From: an uncultured virus (IMG/VR IMGVR_UViG_3300023214_000431)
Taxonomy: Duplodnaviria > Heunggongvirae > Uroviricota > Caudoviricetes
Strand: one strand, 5' to 3'
IMG/VR virus record: IMGVR_UViG_3300023214_000431
DNA length: 64,000 bases
Below the pieces are notes generated by a model. It was not told the DNA's origin, made no database searches, and was given only the letters and a program-made list of their open reading frames with translations. Shown here in pieces: positions 1 to 10,374 of the stretch (positions are counted from its first letter, which is position 1; the number at the start of each line of letters is the position of its first letter). A program made the position numbers and the translations under genes.

Positions 1-1
1 T

Positions 2-787
2 GTGGTGCCCTGTCGAGCGGACGAGCCAGTGACCCGCCGCCGCAGCCTACCGGTCTACCTGGGGCCGGGACCCGCAGGCCGGGCACGCGCCCTCGCGCAA
101 CGCCTCAATCGTCCCCTCGCTTCGTTCCTGCGCGGGTTTGCACTCTGTAGGCCTCCGAAGGCATTGCTCGCGGCTCCGCGCCTGAAGCCCCACGAGATGC
201 CTCTGGCGCCTGAGCCAGTGGATTCTCGGGATCATGGGGTGATGGAGGCGATCACAACCTTTGGCGATGCTGGCGAGCGAGAGCTGGGCATCACGACTGC
301 TGCCGATGCGGTGAGGGCTTTCGCAGCGCTCAGGAGAATGGGGATGCGGTGGGATGGTGAACAGTGGCATAAAGAAGAACGTATCAGTGAAGAGGCAGCT
401 AGGGCGCTGTATCGCTCGTTCCGTAAAGCGATTGCGGATTCGACGACACCTGCGTTGGGCGGGATGGTGACGGTGCGGTTGTCAAAAGAGGAAGAGGAAA
501 TGCTTCCCGAGCTTGCACGCAAGGCCAATTTGCCGGTGCTGGCATACATGAGGGTTTGCGTGCTCAGTGATGGCGAGAGGAAGAAGCCCAAGGGTTTTCC
601 GACTGGCTCTTATCACCAGATCTACATGGACACATCCGAAATTGAGGAAGTGAATAATGCTGCTGCTCGTGCGAAAATGACCCGTCACCGTTATCTTCGG
701 ACGAGGGTGGTGAATGGCTTCGACGTTCGCGATATTTTTGATCTGGATGGTAGCTTCAAACTTTGGACTTTGGACTCGGTTTTCTGA
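2..787 (+). CDS. Tandem ribbon-helix-helix-like (MobC/CopG-type) DNA-binding protein; true start probably internal (~197-241)
   Basis: Two strand-helix-helix repeats: VTVRLSKEEEEMLPELARKANLPVLAYMR and QIYMDTSEIEEVNNAAARAKMTRHRYLR. Confidence 0.45.
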   Translation: MVPCRADEPVTRRRSLPVYLGPGPAGRARALAQRLNRPLASFLRGFALCRPPKALLAAPRLKPHEMPLAPEPVDSRDHGVMEAITTFGDAGERELGITTAADAVRAFAALRRMGMRWDGEQWHKEERISEEAARALYRSFRKAIADSTTPALGGMVTVRLSKEEEEMLPELARKANLPVLAYMRVCVLSDGERKKPKGFPTGSYHQIYMDTSEIEEVNNAAARAKMTRHRYLRTRVVNGFDVRDIFDLDGSFKLWTLDSVF

Positions 788-1092
788 TGGCTGAACGAAG
801 ATACAAATGCTGGGAGTGCCACCGGCCAGGTTTCAAAGAGAGTGAGTTGGTTTCGCATCGTTGTGCTGCGTGCAGAGCCCAGCGAGTGCTCGCGGTGAAA
901 GAGAATCCAGAGCTTTCGACAACCGCATGGACTGAAGAAGGTCAGCAAGTCTGGACGAAAGATGGTGCTTTAGGTGAGGATGGCGGTGTGAACTTTCGTG
1001 TGAGGAAAAAACCGATCTCGAAAGAGCAGGCAGCCAAGCGTCTCAAGAAGCTGAAGGAATTACCAACATGGAAAAACGGGTCACGGAGCTGA
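787..1092 (+). CDS. Small Zn-ribbon protein
   Basis: CWEC...CAAC; ATG overlaps the upstream TGA. Confidence 0.5.
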   Translation: MAERRYKCWECHRPGFKESELVSHRCAACRAQRVLAVKENPELSTTAWTEEGQQVWTKDGALGEDGGVNFRVRKKPISKEQAAKRLKKLKELPTWKNGSRS

Positions 1093-1460
1093 AGCCATTT
1101 CCGGAAGTGCGGGTCGTTGATAAGTTGCTCGACAAGAGTTGGGCAGCGCAGTACCGGGAGAGGGCGCGCCCGCCGCGAATTGAGTTTGGTCCTCCGGTCT
1201 TGGAAATGACGAAGGGTGAGCAGATGGTTGCCATCTATCACGAGATGGGGCACTGGTTTCGGTGTGAGCATCTACCTCGACCGAAAAATGGGAAGAAAGG
1301 CGAAGAGGCTTTTGCTGACGCTTTCGCCGAGTTTATGATTCACCCGGCACGCATGAAGCGTCATGATCCGGTAGCACACGCGGAGATGGAAATGCTCATC
1401 CGTCCTATGCACAGACGGAAAATGCAGAGTTTCGCAAAGAAGATGCTGAGGAAGCTCTAA
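1068..1460 (+). CDS. Small zincin-like metallopeptidase domain protein
   Basis: HEMGH (HExxH) followed by EEAFADAF. Confidence 0.6.
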   Translation: MEKRVTELKPFPEVRVVDKLLDKSWAAQYRERARPPRIEFGPPVLEMTKGEQMVAIYHEMGHWFRCEHLPRPKNGKKGEEAFADAFAEFMIHPARMKRHDPVAHAEMEMLIRPMHRRKMQSFAKKMLRKL

Positions 1461-2191
1461 GCTACCTTCATGGTCGTCGTTGCAGACCAATCGTGGATGT
1501 CGGCATTGCTCTTGTTGGTGATCTCGACGTAGAGGGTTTCACCAGCTTTGATGTCGCCGTTGCGGAAGGTGAAGCGCGAACCTGTCAGGTCGAAGGTGAG
1601 GTCTCGAACGCTTTGTGGGTTGGCGATGTTTTTCTTGAGCTGTGGGTGCAGGAATGAAAAGGCGGTGACCTTGAGTCCGAGTTCGCCGTTCTCGATAGCA
1701 AGAGCGTGCTCGGGGCGGACAATGAGGTCGGACATTGTGCCCTGAAGCTGTGTACGAGCGTGCATCGTGATGGTTTGGCGTGGCTCGATTTTGGCTTTCC
1801 ATGGGAAGGGGTGGGGGTCGTGGTGGAAGGCCAAAGGGAGTAAGTAGATTGGGGGTGCTGTAAATGAGCTGGCTACGAGAAGCGAGCCACGGACTTGTGC
1901 GGTCTTGCGAGAGAGGTTGCCAAGGGAGATCGACAAGTCCTTGGGGTAGTTAGGTTTCGGGAATTGAAAGCGTGCAGGAGCGTGTTTGAATAGTCCTGGG
2001 TCGAGTGTACCTGCGGCAGCAAAGTGTGAGAATGAAGCCCACTTCAGGTCGGTGACGACGACGCCTTCGTCTGCCGATTCGATTTGCAAGCCAGCGGGCG
2101 TCCTCACATCGAAATGGGGAAGAGGGTGCTCACTGTGGTTTTGTTGCTCGCCGAGAAAAATCTCGAAGGGGAGTGATTCGATGATGGCCAT
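1457..2191 (-). CDS. Beta-rich hypothetical protein; possible distant member of the DIxxG paralog family
   Basis: Long ORF; C-terminal IEPRQTITM...LYVEITN resembles 41815-42273. Confidence 0.5.
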   Translation of the reverse strand: MAIIESLPFEIFLGEQQNHSEHPLPHFDVRTPAGLQIESADEGVVVTDLKWASFSHFAAAGTLDPGLFKHAPARFQFPKPNYPKDLSISLGNLSRKTAQVRGSLLVASSFTAPPIYLLPLAFHHDPHPFPWKAKIEPRQTITMHARTQLQGTMSDLIVRPEHALAIENGELGLKVTAFSFLHPQLKKNIANPQSVRDLTFDLTGSRFTFRNGDIKAGETLYVEITNKSNADIHDWSATTTMKVA

Positions 2192-2283
2192 GGGGTTCAG
2201 TCTTTTGAGTTGGAACAACGCGGGCGCCACCGCATCTACGGCAGCGCCCTATTCGCCGCATTCGACGTTGTTTCTTGCGCCGT

Positions 2284-3249
2284 TCAGCCTTTGACGTTCT
2301 TGGGTCTTCCGGTCCCCCATTCGCCAATTTTGGCAAGCCCATGGTCGAGGTTTGCTGTGGGGTCGCCTTTGGCGCCTTCGTAGGTTTCGGTATTGGAAAG
2401 GTGGTCCTTCGATTTTGCGAAGGTGTGATCTTCTGCGTTGGGCGCCTTGTCTTGCTGTTGTGATGGTGCTTGGAAAGTTTCTGTGCCGCCGATGTTGATG
2501 GTGCCTTTGCCGAGGAAGGACACGTCTTCGGAACCGGCCTGTCGCGTGGGGTCTCCACCGCCACCGAACGAAACATCGCCGCTGACGTGCATTGAGGGCC
2601 CGGAAGGCAATATCTGAACATCGTCACCTCCAACGTTGAGAGGGCTTTGTGGGGCTTGGTCGCCACCGCCTCGTTGCTCAGGTGGTTGCGGGATGAAGGT
2701 GTCGCTCGTGTTCATGACGCCGCCATTTTGGAACGCGGAGATGGCGCCTGCGGCCTCATTGCTGACGGGTGCGGGAGCTTGAGCCTGGGCAGGCACCGGT
2801 AGCACAGGGGGCGCCAGGGGCTGTGTCTGGCTTTGCTGGATGGCCGCTGTGGGGTCGTTGGCTATGGGCTGAGGTCCAGGCGTGAACTTGACTTCGAGGC
2901 TGGTAGAGACGGGCAACGGCGGCGGCGGGAGGTTGACCCGTCTTTCGGTTGGTCCGTCTCCGTAGATGACGCCAGGGCCACCCTGCTCGTTCGAGACGGG
3001 TTGGAAAGCTGGCACGAAGCTGGCGTCGTGTGAGCCGATGTTGACAGGCGCTGGGGCCTGCTGCGGCTGTTCTTCGGGCGGCTGCGGTTGAGCCACGTCC
3101 ATGATGGTGGCGTGATCGGAGTTGATGAGGGGCGTGCCACCGGAGCGAGCGAAAAATTGCGGTTGGTCAACGCGCACGGGTTCTGAGGGGCGACCCTCCT
3201 GCTCTTCTGGAGCTGGGGGTGGTCCTTGGGGGATGTAGACTTCGGCCAT
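2284..3249 (-). CDS. Pro/Gln/Gly-rich low-complexity protein
   Basis: Long ORF; start at 3249 (MAEVY) follows the shared promoter motif and TAGACT. Confidence 0.65.
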   Translation of the reverse strand: MAEVYIPQGPPPAPEEQEGRPSEPVRVDQPQFFARSGGTPLINSDHATIMDVAQPQPPEEQPQQAPAPVNIGSHDASFVPAFQPVSNEQGGPGVIYGDGPTERRVNLPPPPLPVSTSLEVKFTPGPQPIANDPTAAIQQSQTQPLAPPVLPVPAQAQAPAPVSNEAAGAISAFQNGGVMNTSDTFIPQPPEQRGGGDQAPQSPLNVGGDDVQILPSGPSMHVSGDVSFGGGGDPTRQAGSEDVSFLGKGTINIGGTETFQAPSQQQDKAPNAEDHTFAKSKDHLSNTETYEGAKGDPTANLDHGLAKIGEWGTGRPKNVKG

Positions 3250-3276
3250 GGGGGCAAGTCTATCAGATTTTGACAT

Positions 3277-5721
3277 TCAAGCGCGAGGGTGAACGGGCAC
3301 CGAAGGAATAACGGAATCCAACCATTTGGGGCGTCGGTAGGTGGGTTTGCTGGCGACGGTCTTAAAACGATCTGAAAGAAATTCGAGATCGTCAATCACG
3401 ATAGGCTTGGTGTTGATGCCGTCTTCGGCCCACATGCGTTTGTCGTACTCCGACTTGATGCTCTTCTTGACCTTCACCATGCGAGGTGTGGCTTTGAATC
3501 CGCCACGGGCGAGGGCGCCGAGGCGCTCCTGGTTGTCGAATGTGATCGTTTCTTTGGCTTTTAATCGTTCGATGGTTTCAGGTGTGCGCAGGGGGCCAGG
3601 AAACCCCTTCATCATGATCTTGTAGTCGGCGCAACCTTTGCAGCGTTTTTCGCACTGTCGCTTGCCGTCCTTCATAACGTGCTTGCCCGGAATGATTTTG
3701 CCTTTCTTGTCTTCGAGGCATCCAGGACAAGTTTCGATGCACTTGACCTTGTATTCCTTCTCAGGCCCGTATCGCTGGTGCTCTTTCTCGAAGACGGTTT
3801 CCTTCTTCATGTAGTACATCTTCGGGCCGTAGCAGTGAACGAAGACCTTCTCCCCATTGTACTCGCGTTTGAGACCGCCGAGCTGTGTTGAGTCGGGGAT
3901 GTCCGGGCAGTCGGAGATGATGGAGTCGGTATCGCTGTAGAAGATCTGGTAACCGGCTTCGAGAATTTGCTGGGCGTAGTGCCATAGGAGCATTCGAGAG
4001 CTAGCGGTTATGTGTGCGGCGATTTGAGGGATGATGTAAGGCGCATCGACGTGAACGTCACGGATACGAACAGGGGATTCATGCTCGTAGACAGAACTCG
4101 CGCCGGGAATCTCGATGGTGTTCCAGCCGCCATCTTCGGTTTGGATCTTTTTCTTTTTCTTCGGAGGCCACTGGCTCTTTTTCATCAAATCCATGCGCTT
4201 TTGCCAGAGCGCGACGGATTCACCAGGGTAGCGAGCGGAATAGGGCTCCGACTCGTGAGGCTTGATGATGATCATCTCTTTGCGTTCGTGCTCCATCCCG
4301 AACTTGCCGAACGTGGCGTTGAGCATGATCTTGGCGACGCTGGATTTGGCTTCGTCGTACCCGGGCAGTTTCTTGTCACGGAATGCGTATAGAGTATCAA
4401 CGAAGTCTGCAAGGAAGCGTTGGCCTCGAACCCAGACTGACTTTTCGACGTGAAGGATGCGGCCTCCGATCTTCTTTAGTACCTGGAGTTCGAGCCAGTT
4501 CCAGGTGCCTGAGAAACGTCCCACTGGAAACTTCAATTTGTCGTCGTGTTGCACAGGCAGTGGGGGCAGGTAGCAAGTCTCAGGAATTTCGACAGTGCAT
4601 CGGATGAAGCCGATGTGGGTGTCCATCTTGACGTATCTGGTGAAGTCCTCGTTTTCTCCCAGGGCGACCATCTCGCCGATGGGCATGATGTTTTTCATCG
4701 AGTAGGGGTAGGAGCTATTGATGTCGTAGTACCAACCTTCCCCTTGCCTTTGAAAAACCTCGGTTCGGCCACCGAAGTAAGCGCTCCGAAAAAAGGCGTG
4801 CGCGCACCCGCCACACCCCTCATCGACTTCGCGGCTTTTTTTCTTTCGTTTTTTCTTCAGCTCGTCTTCTGTTTCTTTGGTGTCTTGGTGCTGAGGCGAG
4901 TAGGGGCATTCGGGGAAGTGGAGGTTCCTGTCGATGGGTTGGTCTTCGCGCAGGTAGCGTTTGCGAAGGAGCTTCATCGCAGTTGAGGGAGCTGTCATCC
5001 CGACTTCGCCGCCCATTTGGTCGATGAGTGAGTAGAACTTTTCGAGCACGCCATACAGCTTCACGCAGTCGCCTTCGAGGTACTCTTCCCAATGAGGGTC
5101 GTCCTCGGGCAGATTCAGGTCGTGCTCGACTTTGCCACCGTAGCCGAAGGCTTTGGCGAGTTTATCGAGGCCCGCAGGCATGATTCGGAAGCTATCGAGG
5201 AAGCGCCATGTGCCCGATGACTTGCGGTCTTTCTTGTCGGCTTCGCGCTGCTCTTCGGGCGTTCGTCGTGGTCGGCTTCGGTTGTGGCGCCAGATCTCCA
5301 TCATCTGGATGCGCCCCTGCACCGGCATGATCTTGAGCGAGTAATCTCTATGGTTCCTGGTTAACCAGGAGGGCAAAAACAACCCATCGAATGCGCCCAT
5401 GTTGTGGGCGTAGATGTCTGTGTTTTTGTAGCGGTTGATGTAGCGACCTGCCCCGATTTCTCCGAAAATGTATCGCAAGAACTTGTCGAGGCAGCCGCCG
5501 TTGGCAGTGGCGCGCTCGAACCAGGGAAGGGATTCGACTTTGGGGTCGTTGCGGAAGCTCTTGTATTCCTTGCCGTCGTAGAGGCCAACGGCGAAGGGCC
5601 GAGTGAAGCCAGCTTTCTGTGTGTCGTCGTGCTTTGACTCAATATCGAAGACGATGAACTTCCGGGGCTCGGCACTACGTTGAAGGGGCTTCAGGAATTG
5701 GGCGCGACCTTCTTTTGGCAT
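3277..5721 (-). CDS. polB: Family B DNA polymerase, protein-primed type (phi29/PRD1/adenovirus-like motifs)
   Basis: ExoI FDIES, ExoII YAHNMGAFDG, FLDSFRIMP, ExoIII YLEGD, YFGGRTE, motif A YDINSSYP, motif B KIMLNATFGKFG, motif C YSDTDS, KMY. Confidence 0.92.
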   Translation of the reverse strand: MPKEGRAQFLKPLQRSAEPRKFIVFDIESKHDDTQKAGFTRPFAVGLYDGKEYKSFRNDPKVESLPWFERATANGGCLDKFLRYIFGEIGAGRYINRYKNTDIYAHNMGAFDGLFLPSWLTRNHRDYSLKIMPVQGRIQMMEIWRHNRSRPRRTPEEQREADKKDRKSSGTWRFLDSFRIMPAGLDKLAKAFGYGGKVEHDLNLPEDDPHWEEYLEGDCVKLYGVLEKFYSLIDQMGGEVGMTAPSTAMKLLRKRYLREDQPIDRNLHFPECPYSPQHQDTKETEDELKKKRKKKSREVDEGCGGCAHAFFRSAYFGGRTEVFQRQGEGWYYDINSSYPYSMKNIMPIGEMVALGENEDFTRYVKMDTHIGFIRCTVEIPETCYLPPLPVQHDDKLKFPVGRFSGTWNWLELQVLKKIGGRILHVEKSVWVRGQRFLADFVDTLYAFRDKKLPGYDEAKSSVAKIMLNATFGKFGMEHERKEMIIIKPHESEPYSARYPGESVALWQKRMDLMKKSQWPPKKKKKIQTEDGGWNTIEIPGASSVYEHESPVRIRDVHVDAPYIIPQIAAHITASSRMLLWHYAQQILEAGYQIFYSDTDSIISDCPDIPDSTQLGGLKREYNGEKVFVHCYGPKMYYMKKETVFEKEHQRYGPEKEYKVKCIETCPGCLEDKKGKIIPGKHVMKDGKRQCEKRCKGCADYKIMMKGFPGPLRTPETIERLKAKETITFDNQERLGALARGGFKATPRMVKVKKSIKSEYDKRMWAEDGINTKPIVIDDLEFLSDRFKTVASKPTYRRPKWLDSVIPSVPVHPRA

Positions 5722-7835
5722 CAGGCAAGCACTTCCCGTTGTGTGGATTCATCCCAGGTGTCTTCAGTCGGATCGTACTCGCCAGACTCAAGGCACAGGT
5801 TGAGCCTGTGGGTTAGGAGGGAGTTTCGTTTCTTCTCTTTCGTGGCGATGATTCTGCCGAGGGATTTGTTGCCGTCGTTAGGCGTGACGACAATAGAGAG
5901 CTTCTTTCCGCGTGTGACGGACGTGTAGAGCATGTTGGCGTTGAAGAAGCCTGGGCGTCCTCGTGGCGAGGCAACGGTTATTGTCGCAGGGTATTCTGAA
6001 CCCTGGGACTTGTGGATGGAGATGGCGTAGGCGAGGCGCAGGTCACGCATCATGCTATCGTCGAAGGAATATTCGACACCATCAATGTCGACCAGTATGG
6101 ATTTTTTGCGGACCTTGAGTACACGACCAGCATCGCCATTCATGACGCCGATGTCGTGGTTGTTCTTCGTGAAGATCACTTTGTCGCCAGCCAGGAATGT
6201 GCTTCCGTCCTTGGGCTCTTCACCACGTAGAGCAAGCTGGAGGTCTTTATTGAGCTGGTCGATTCCCACGTCGCCTTTGTAAGTCGGACAAAGCACCTGG
6301 ATGTCTTCGGGTTCGATACCGAACTGCATGGGAATTTTCTCGGTAATGAGCTTCAGAATCATCTGGCGACCAGCGTATTCGTCGCGGTAGCCGAAGATGT
6401 AGAAGTCGTCACGGTCTTCGATGTTTCCGCGCTGAGGGATCTCCTGGTTCAAGATGGCTTGCGAAGCCGTGATGATGCGACTGGATTCTCCTTGGCGAAA
6501 AATCTTTTGTAGTCGAATGGTGGGGATGGTTTCGGAGTTGATGAGTTCTCGGAAGATGGCGCCAGGGCCAATCGGAGGCAACTGATCTGCATCGCCGACG
6601 AGAACAACGCGGGCGCCGCGACGGACAGCATCGAGTAGCTTTGACCCGATGTATAGGTTCACCATCGAGGATTCGTCACAGATGATGACATCTTGTTCGA
6701 GAGGCGCCTTGGGGCTTGCCTGGAACATTCCGCGCGAAGGGTCAAAGCCCAAGAGTCCATGGATGGTGTAGGCAGCAAAGCCGGTGCTTTCTCGAAGTCT
6801 ACGGGCAGCGCGACCTGTGAAGGAACACAGGCCGATGTCGAGGTTGGCCTTGTTGAAAACCTCGACAATCTTTTTGACGATGGTGGTTTTGCCGACGCCT
6901 GGACCGCCAGTGATGATTGAGATGGGAGAGCGGACAGCGAGCTTGACGGCTTCGACCTGATCCTGGCTGAGTTCGAGGGTTTTGCCGTCGTCGGTGGTGA
7001 GCGTGTTGAGGCTTTTCTCGTCAAAGCTGACAGGGTGGATTTTGTCGTGACGAAGGAAGCGGTCTATCCGTTCAGCGAGACGGTTCTCCGCGACATGCAG
7101 GTAGTATGGGTAGATGAGGGGGTATCCCTGGTGCTCATCTGCTCGAAGCAAAGGCGCTTTCAGGTCGTCAAACACTGTTTCGCGTGGCTTACAGAGTCTC
7201 TCAACAGATTCAGAAACGAACTCGTAATCCAACTCAAGGGCTTCTGCTGCTTTCACTAAGAGGCGTTCGGTGAGAAGGAACGAATGGCCATGGGAGTAAG
7301 CGGCTTCGTTCAAAACTTCCACGACCTTGGCATCGACACGACGGTCATCGTATTGGCCGACGCCTATGGATTCAGCGATCTTGTCGGCAGTGACGAAGCC
7401 GATGTCCTTGATGTCGCCGACGCAATACGGATCTTTCGTGATGAGTTCGCGAGCACGACCCTTGAGGGCGGCGAAGATTTTTTCGCCTCGCTTTTCGAGA
7501 GCGAGTTCCTCGAAGAGAAACTTGCATGAGTCGACGATTTTGAGTTGCTCTTCGTCACACTCTTCTTTGTTGGGGAAGTCGAACCATCGAACGTCGACTT
7601 GCTTACCAAAGCGTGGATGGTCAAACCACTTGCCGTGAAGGGTTACCAAGTCCCCCTGAAAGACTTGGGGCATGAATCCCTTGAACTTGACGGATCCATC
7701 GGGAAGGCCCTCATCGTCGAATTGCTGAAGCACACCTATCAGGGTGGCATCGCCCGGTGCCTTGGAAGACCAGATGATGGTAGCGATACGGCCTGTAACA
7801 CAGGCAGTTTTTCCCTCGGACATTTTTCCCTCCAT
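5721..7835 (-). CDS. recD2: RecD2/TraA-family SF1B DNA helicase
   Basis: N-terminal HhH-like IGFVTADKIA, Walker A GGPGVGKT, DESSM, GDADQLPPIGPG, IFRQ, AYAISIHKSQGSEY, YTSVTRG. Confidence 0.93.
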   Translation of the reverse strand: MEGKMSEGKTACVTGRIATIIWSSKAPGDATLIGVLQQFDDEGLPDGSVKFKGFMPQVFQGDLVTLHGKWFDHPRFGKQVDVRWFDFPNKEECDEEQLKIVDSCKFLFEELALEKRGEKIFAALKGRARELITKDPYCVGDIKDIGFVTADKIAESIGVGQYDDRRVDAKVVEVLNEAAYSHGHSFLLTERLLVKAAEALELDYEFVSESVERLCKPRETVFDDLKAPLLRADEHQGYPLIYPYYLHVAENRLAERIDRFLRHDKIHPVSFDEKSLNTLTTDDGKTLELSQDQVEAVKLAVRSPISIITGGPGVGKTTIVKKIVEVFNKANLDIGLCSFTGRAARRLRESTGFAAYTIHGLLGFDPSRGMFQASPKAPLEQDVIICDESSMVNLYIGSKLLDAVRRGARVVLVGDADQLPPIGPGAIFRELINSETIPTIRLQKIFRQGESSRIITASQAILNQEIPQRGNIEDRDDFYIFGYRDEYAGRQMILKLITEKIPMQFGIEPEDIQVLCPTYKGDVGIDQLNKDLQLALRGEEPKDGSTFLAGDKVIFTKNNHDIGVMNGDAGRVLKVRKKSILVDIDGVEYSFDDSMMRDLRLAYAISIHKSQGSEYPATITVASPRGRPGFFNANMLYTSVTRGKKLSIVVTPNDGNKSLGRIIATKEKKRNSLLTHRLNLCLESGEYDPTEDTWDESTQREVLA

Positions 7836-7888
7836 GCGCGGGGGCTACGCCGCGCGGATGGTGAGTAAATGCTAGCGTATCGTTATTG

Positions 7889-8284
7889 TCAAGATCCGAT
7901 TGTTTCGCTCTTACCAGGAACTTGAGGTCGACCCGATCCAGGCCGAAGAGTGAGGCTCAAGGTCTGGCGTATCTTGAGTTCAAGCCATGCGACAGCTTCA
8001 TCGAGGTCATTGAAGTCGCGCATCAGCGCTCGGTCGGTTGTGATGCCTTCGCCATCGTCTGCGACACAAGCAGCAGAATACTTACTTCCATGGGGTCCGC
8101 GACTCCATATGAGGGAGCCAACAACCTCGTCATCATCAGGGCCGACGAACGGTCTGAGAAGATGGCAGACAAGGTTGTTTGGAATTTGGAACCACGTCGT
8201 CCACCAAGCAACAGGTCTGCAATGACCTTCGACGAGCGCGCCTTCAGTAATTCTCTTCTGGCTTTTCTGTAGTGCTTTGCTCAT
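7889..8284 (-). CDS. Hypothetical protein
   Basis: ORF in the co-oriented minus-strand run. Confidence 0.4.
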   Translation of the reverse strand: MSKALQKSQKRITEGALVEGHCRPVAWWTTWFQIPNNLVCHLLRPFVGPDDDEVVGSLIWSRGPHGSKYSAACVADDGEGITTDRALMRDFNDLDEAVAWLELKIRQTLSLTLRPGSGRPQVPGKSETIGS

Positions 8285-8552
8285 GGCGAAGCCTTTTCTT
8301 CACACGGGCGCTCCAGATGAAGGGGAAGTAATAACATGCGAGAACGAGGACAATCGGGACCGAGATGGGCCAGGTCACTGAGATGAGACCGCACATTCGG
8401 AATCGCTCGTTGAGCTTTTCGTCAGGCATATCAGCATCAGAAGCCTCTGCAACGACAACTGCGCAGACGACGAGGGTAATGAGTACGCCAACAACGTACC
8501 ATGGAAGAAGGAACTTCCAGTTGCACGCGATGTATTCGATCACCTTAGACAC
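8244..8552 (-). CDS. Small two-TM membrane protein
   Basis: Two hydrophobic segments; WP motif in the second. Confidence 0.55.
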   Translation of the reverse strand: MSKVIEYIACNWKFLLPWYVVGVLITLVVCAVVVAEASDADMPDEKLNERFRMCGLISVTWPISVPIVLVLACYYFPFIWSARVKKRLRHEQSTTEKPEENY

Positions 8553-9166
8553 TGCTTTCTGAGCTGCTCAAGCATGCGGCTGAAGCCATTGAGTTCGTCG
8601 GGTCTGTCGCCATAGAAGCGGGCGACTTGCGGGTGCTCGAAGTGACGGTTGTACTTGCACACGGGCATGATGACCCGACCACGCGGGCGGAACTTCAGCC
8701 AACGCTCGATGTAGGGAGGCCAGTCGTCGACGAGAATCTTCCCGTAGTGCAGTCCCTTGTCCTGGACCATGGAAATTTTGATGTCGGGAAAGCCTGCGGA
8801 CAGGTGCTTTTCACACCATTGAGCTTTCTCGGTGAAGGCTGCGAGGCTTTTGCGAGGCGCTTTGGTGAAGATGTTGATGGAGAAGTCGTGCATCTTCAGA
8901 AGCGAGAGTATTTCAAATCCTCGCGGTATTGGAGGGAGGTTCGCCCAGAAGCCGGGCTGAGACTTGACCAGCCGACGCCTGGCCTTCATGTAGAGGGGCT
9001 CATCGTCTTGGCTGTAGTTGTCATAGTCCCAGGACTCGCCAGGTCCTTCGAGCACCTTTAAGCCTTCGCCCATCGCCTTTGTGAAGTCAGCGATGGTCCC
9101 ATCCATATCGACAAGCGCGATGGGGTCGGGGAGTTCGAGTGTGAAGGTTTCTTCCTGTTCACTCAT
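8540..9166 (-). CDS. HAD-family 5'(3')-deoxyribonucleotidase (NT5C-like)
   Basis: VDMDGTIADF, FWANLPP, EKAQW, ILVDDWP, YNRH. Confidence 0.85.
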   Translation of the reverse strand: MSEQEETFTLELPDPIALVDMDGTIADFTKAMGEGLKVLEGPGESWDYDNYSQDDEPLYMKARRRLVKSQPGFWANLPPIPRGFEILSLLKMHDFSINIFTKAPRKSLAAFTEKAQWCEKHLSAGFPDIKISMVQDKGLHYGKILVDDWPPYIERWLKFRPRGRVIMPVCKYNRHFEHPQVARFYGDRPDELNGFSRMLEQLRKQCLR

Positions 9167-9438
9167 GGCTTGATTTCCTTGAAGTGGTGTTCGTGTATGT
9201 CGGCCTGGATTTGAAGGCAGTCATCGCACAGAAGAACGTGAGGCATCGACGGCTTTGAAGGAAGCTCGTATTCCTTCGCTGGTTTGTCTCCGCAGACGGT
9301 ACAGCCGTCCACCTCGCCATCATTGGATTCGATTGAGCGTGCAGCCATGATGGTGAACCAAGTGGCTTCGTGGTTCATCTTTTGGAACCATTCTTTGTCA
9401 TGTACTTTCATGAGTTCACACCAGGACAGGGGTTTCAA
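9163..9438 (-). CDS. Small Zn-finger protein
   Basis: CTVCG...LCDDC. Confidence 0.55.
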   Translation of the reverse strand: MKPLSWCELMKVHDKEWFQKMNHEATWFTIMAARSIESNDGEVDGCTVCGDKPAKEYELPSKPSMPHVLLCDDCLQIQADIHEHHFKEIKP

Positions 9439-9826
9439 ACTGGCCAGTCTTCAGGATGCGTTCGCGCTCGTCGGGGTGCCACAGGCGCACGCGCCCGGGT
9501 TTCTTGTCGGGCTTGATGGCGCACTCCTTGATTGATGTGCCGACGAGGTGGTGGGATGCGAACTCGTAGCCCTTCTCGGTCTTCTTCACCGGGACTCCAG
9601 CTTGTCGCACGACACTGAACATCGAGAGCGTGTCGCGTGGTGGTCGCCAAATGGTGATGAAGCTTCCGGTTTCGCCGTCGTGGAAGTGTGCTTTGAAGGT
9701 GACCTTGACTCTCTCGCGGTCGAGTTCTTGTACGCTGTAGATGTCGATGTCGGTCCAGACGGCTGTTGCTTTGTCGGTAGCCTTGCGAGGTTTGGGAACT
9801 TTTCGTTTTCTCTTACGAGTTTTCAT
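9416..9826 (-). CDS. Hypothetical protein
   Basis: Basic N-terminus; ATG overlaps the upstream stop. Confidence 0.5.
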   Translation of the reverse strand: MKTRKRKRKVPKPRKATDKATAVWTDIDIYSVQELDRERVKVTFKAHFHDGETGSFITIWRPPRDTLSMFSVVRQAGVPVKKTEKGYEFASHHLVGTSIKECAIKPDKKPGRVRLWHPDERERILKTGQFETPVLV

Positions 9827-10374
9827 CCGGACCATCCTTTCAATCTGCGTTTCTCGAAGGGTCGTTTTTGTTGGTCGGCTCTGTGCATCCCGATCCGCAT
9901 CCTGTCGCTGATACCACGGTCGGTGTAGACGATGGTTTTGTCTGCGGCTTCGCCCCATTCGAGACCAGCTTCGATGCCCATCTTTCTTTCCGCAGGGTTC
10001 TTGTCGTCGAGCACCCCTGGAAGGGTGTACAGAGCGTGGGACGCAAAGGGTGCTTCACCATTGCGGAGGCATGCGCCCATGATGGCGCGCACGTAGCGGA
10101 TGTTTGTTTCGACTTCAGAAGGGTCGGAACTGGCGAAAGGCGACTCGATTAAGACGCGCTTCCACTGTGTGCGTTGGGGCAGCACACCGATGCGTGGCGC
10201 GAAGTCCATGGTGTGCTCAGGGCAAACGAGGCGGCTGTCTGATTTCGCGCCGCCTTTGCCCCAGCGTTGAATCGAAACGACGCCCCACCCTGGTGGCGGC
10301 TTCTCCCATTTGCGAAGGTCGAATTTCTTGTCGCATCCGGGGAAGTCGCATTGGGCGGTGTTACCGTATTCCAC
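9823..10374 (-). CDS. Zn-finger plus nucleoside deoxyribosyltransferase-like (DUF4406/DUF7768-type) domain protein
   Basis: CDFPGC...CPEH, then VLIESPFA...GEAPFASHALY...LDD...ERKMGIEAG...VYTDRGIS. Confidence 0.65.
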   Translation of the reverse strand: MEYGNTAQCDFPGCDKKFDLRKWEKPPPGWGVVSIQRWGKGGAKSDSRLVCPEHTMDFAPRIGVLPQRTQWKRVLIESPFASSDPSEVETNIRYVRAIMGACLRNGEAPFASHALYTLPGVLDDKNPAERKMGIEAGLEWGEAADKTIVYTDRGISDRMRIGMHRADQQKRPFEKRRLKGWSG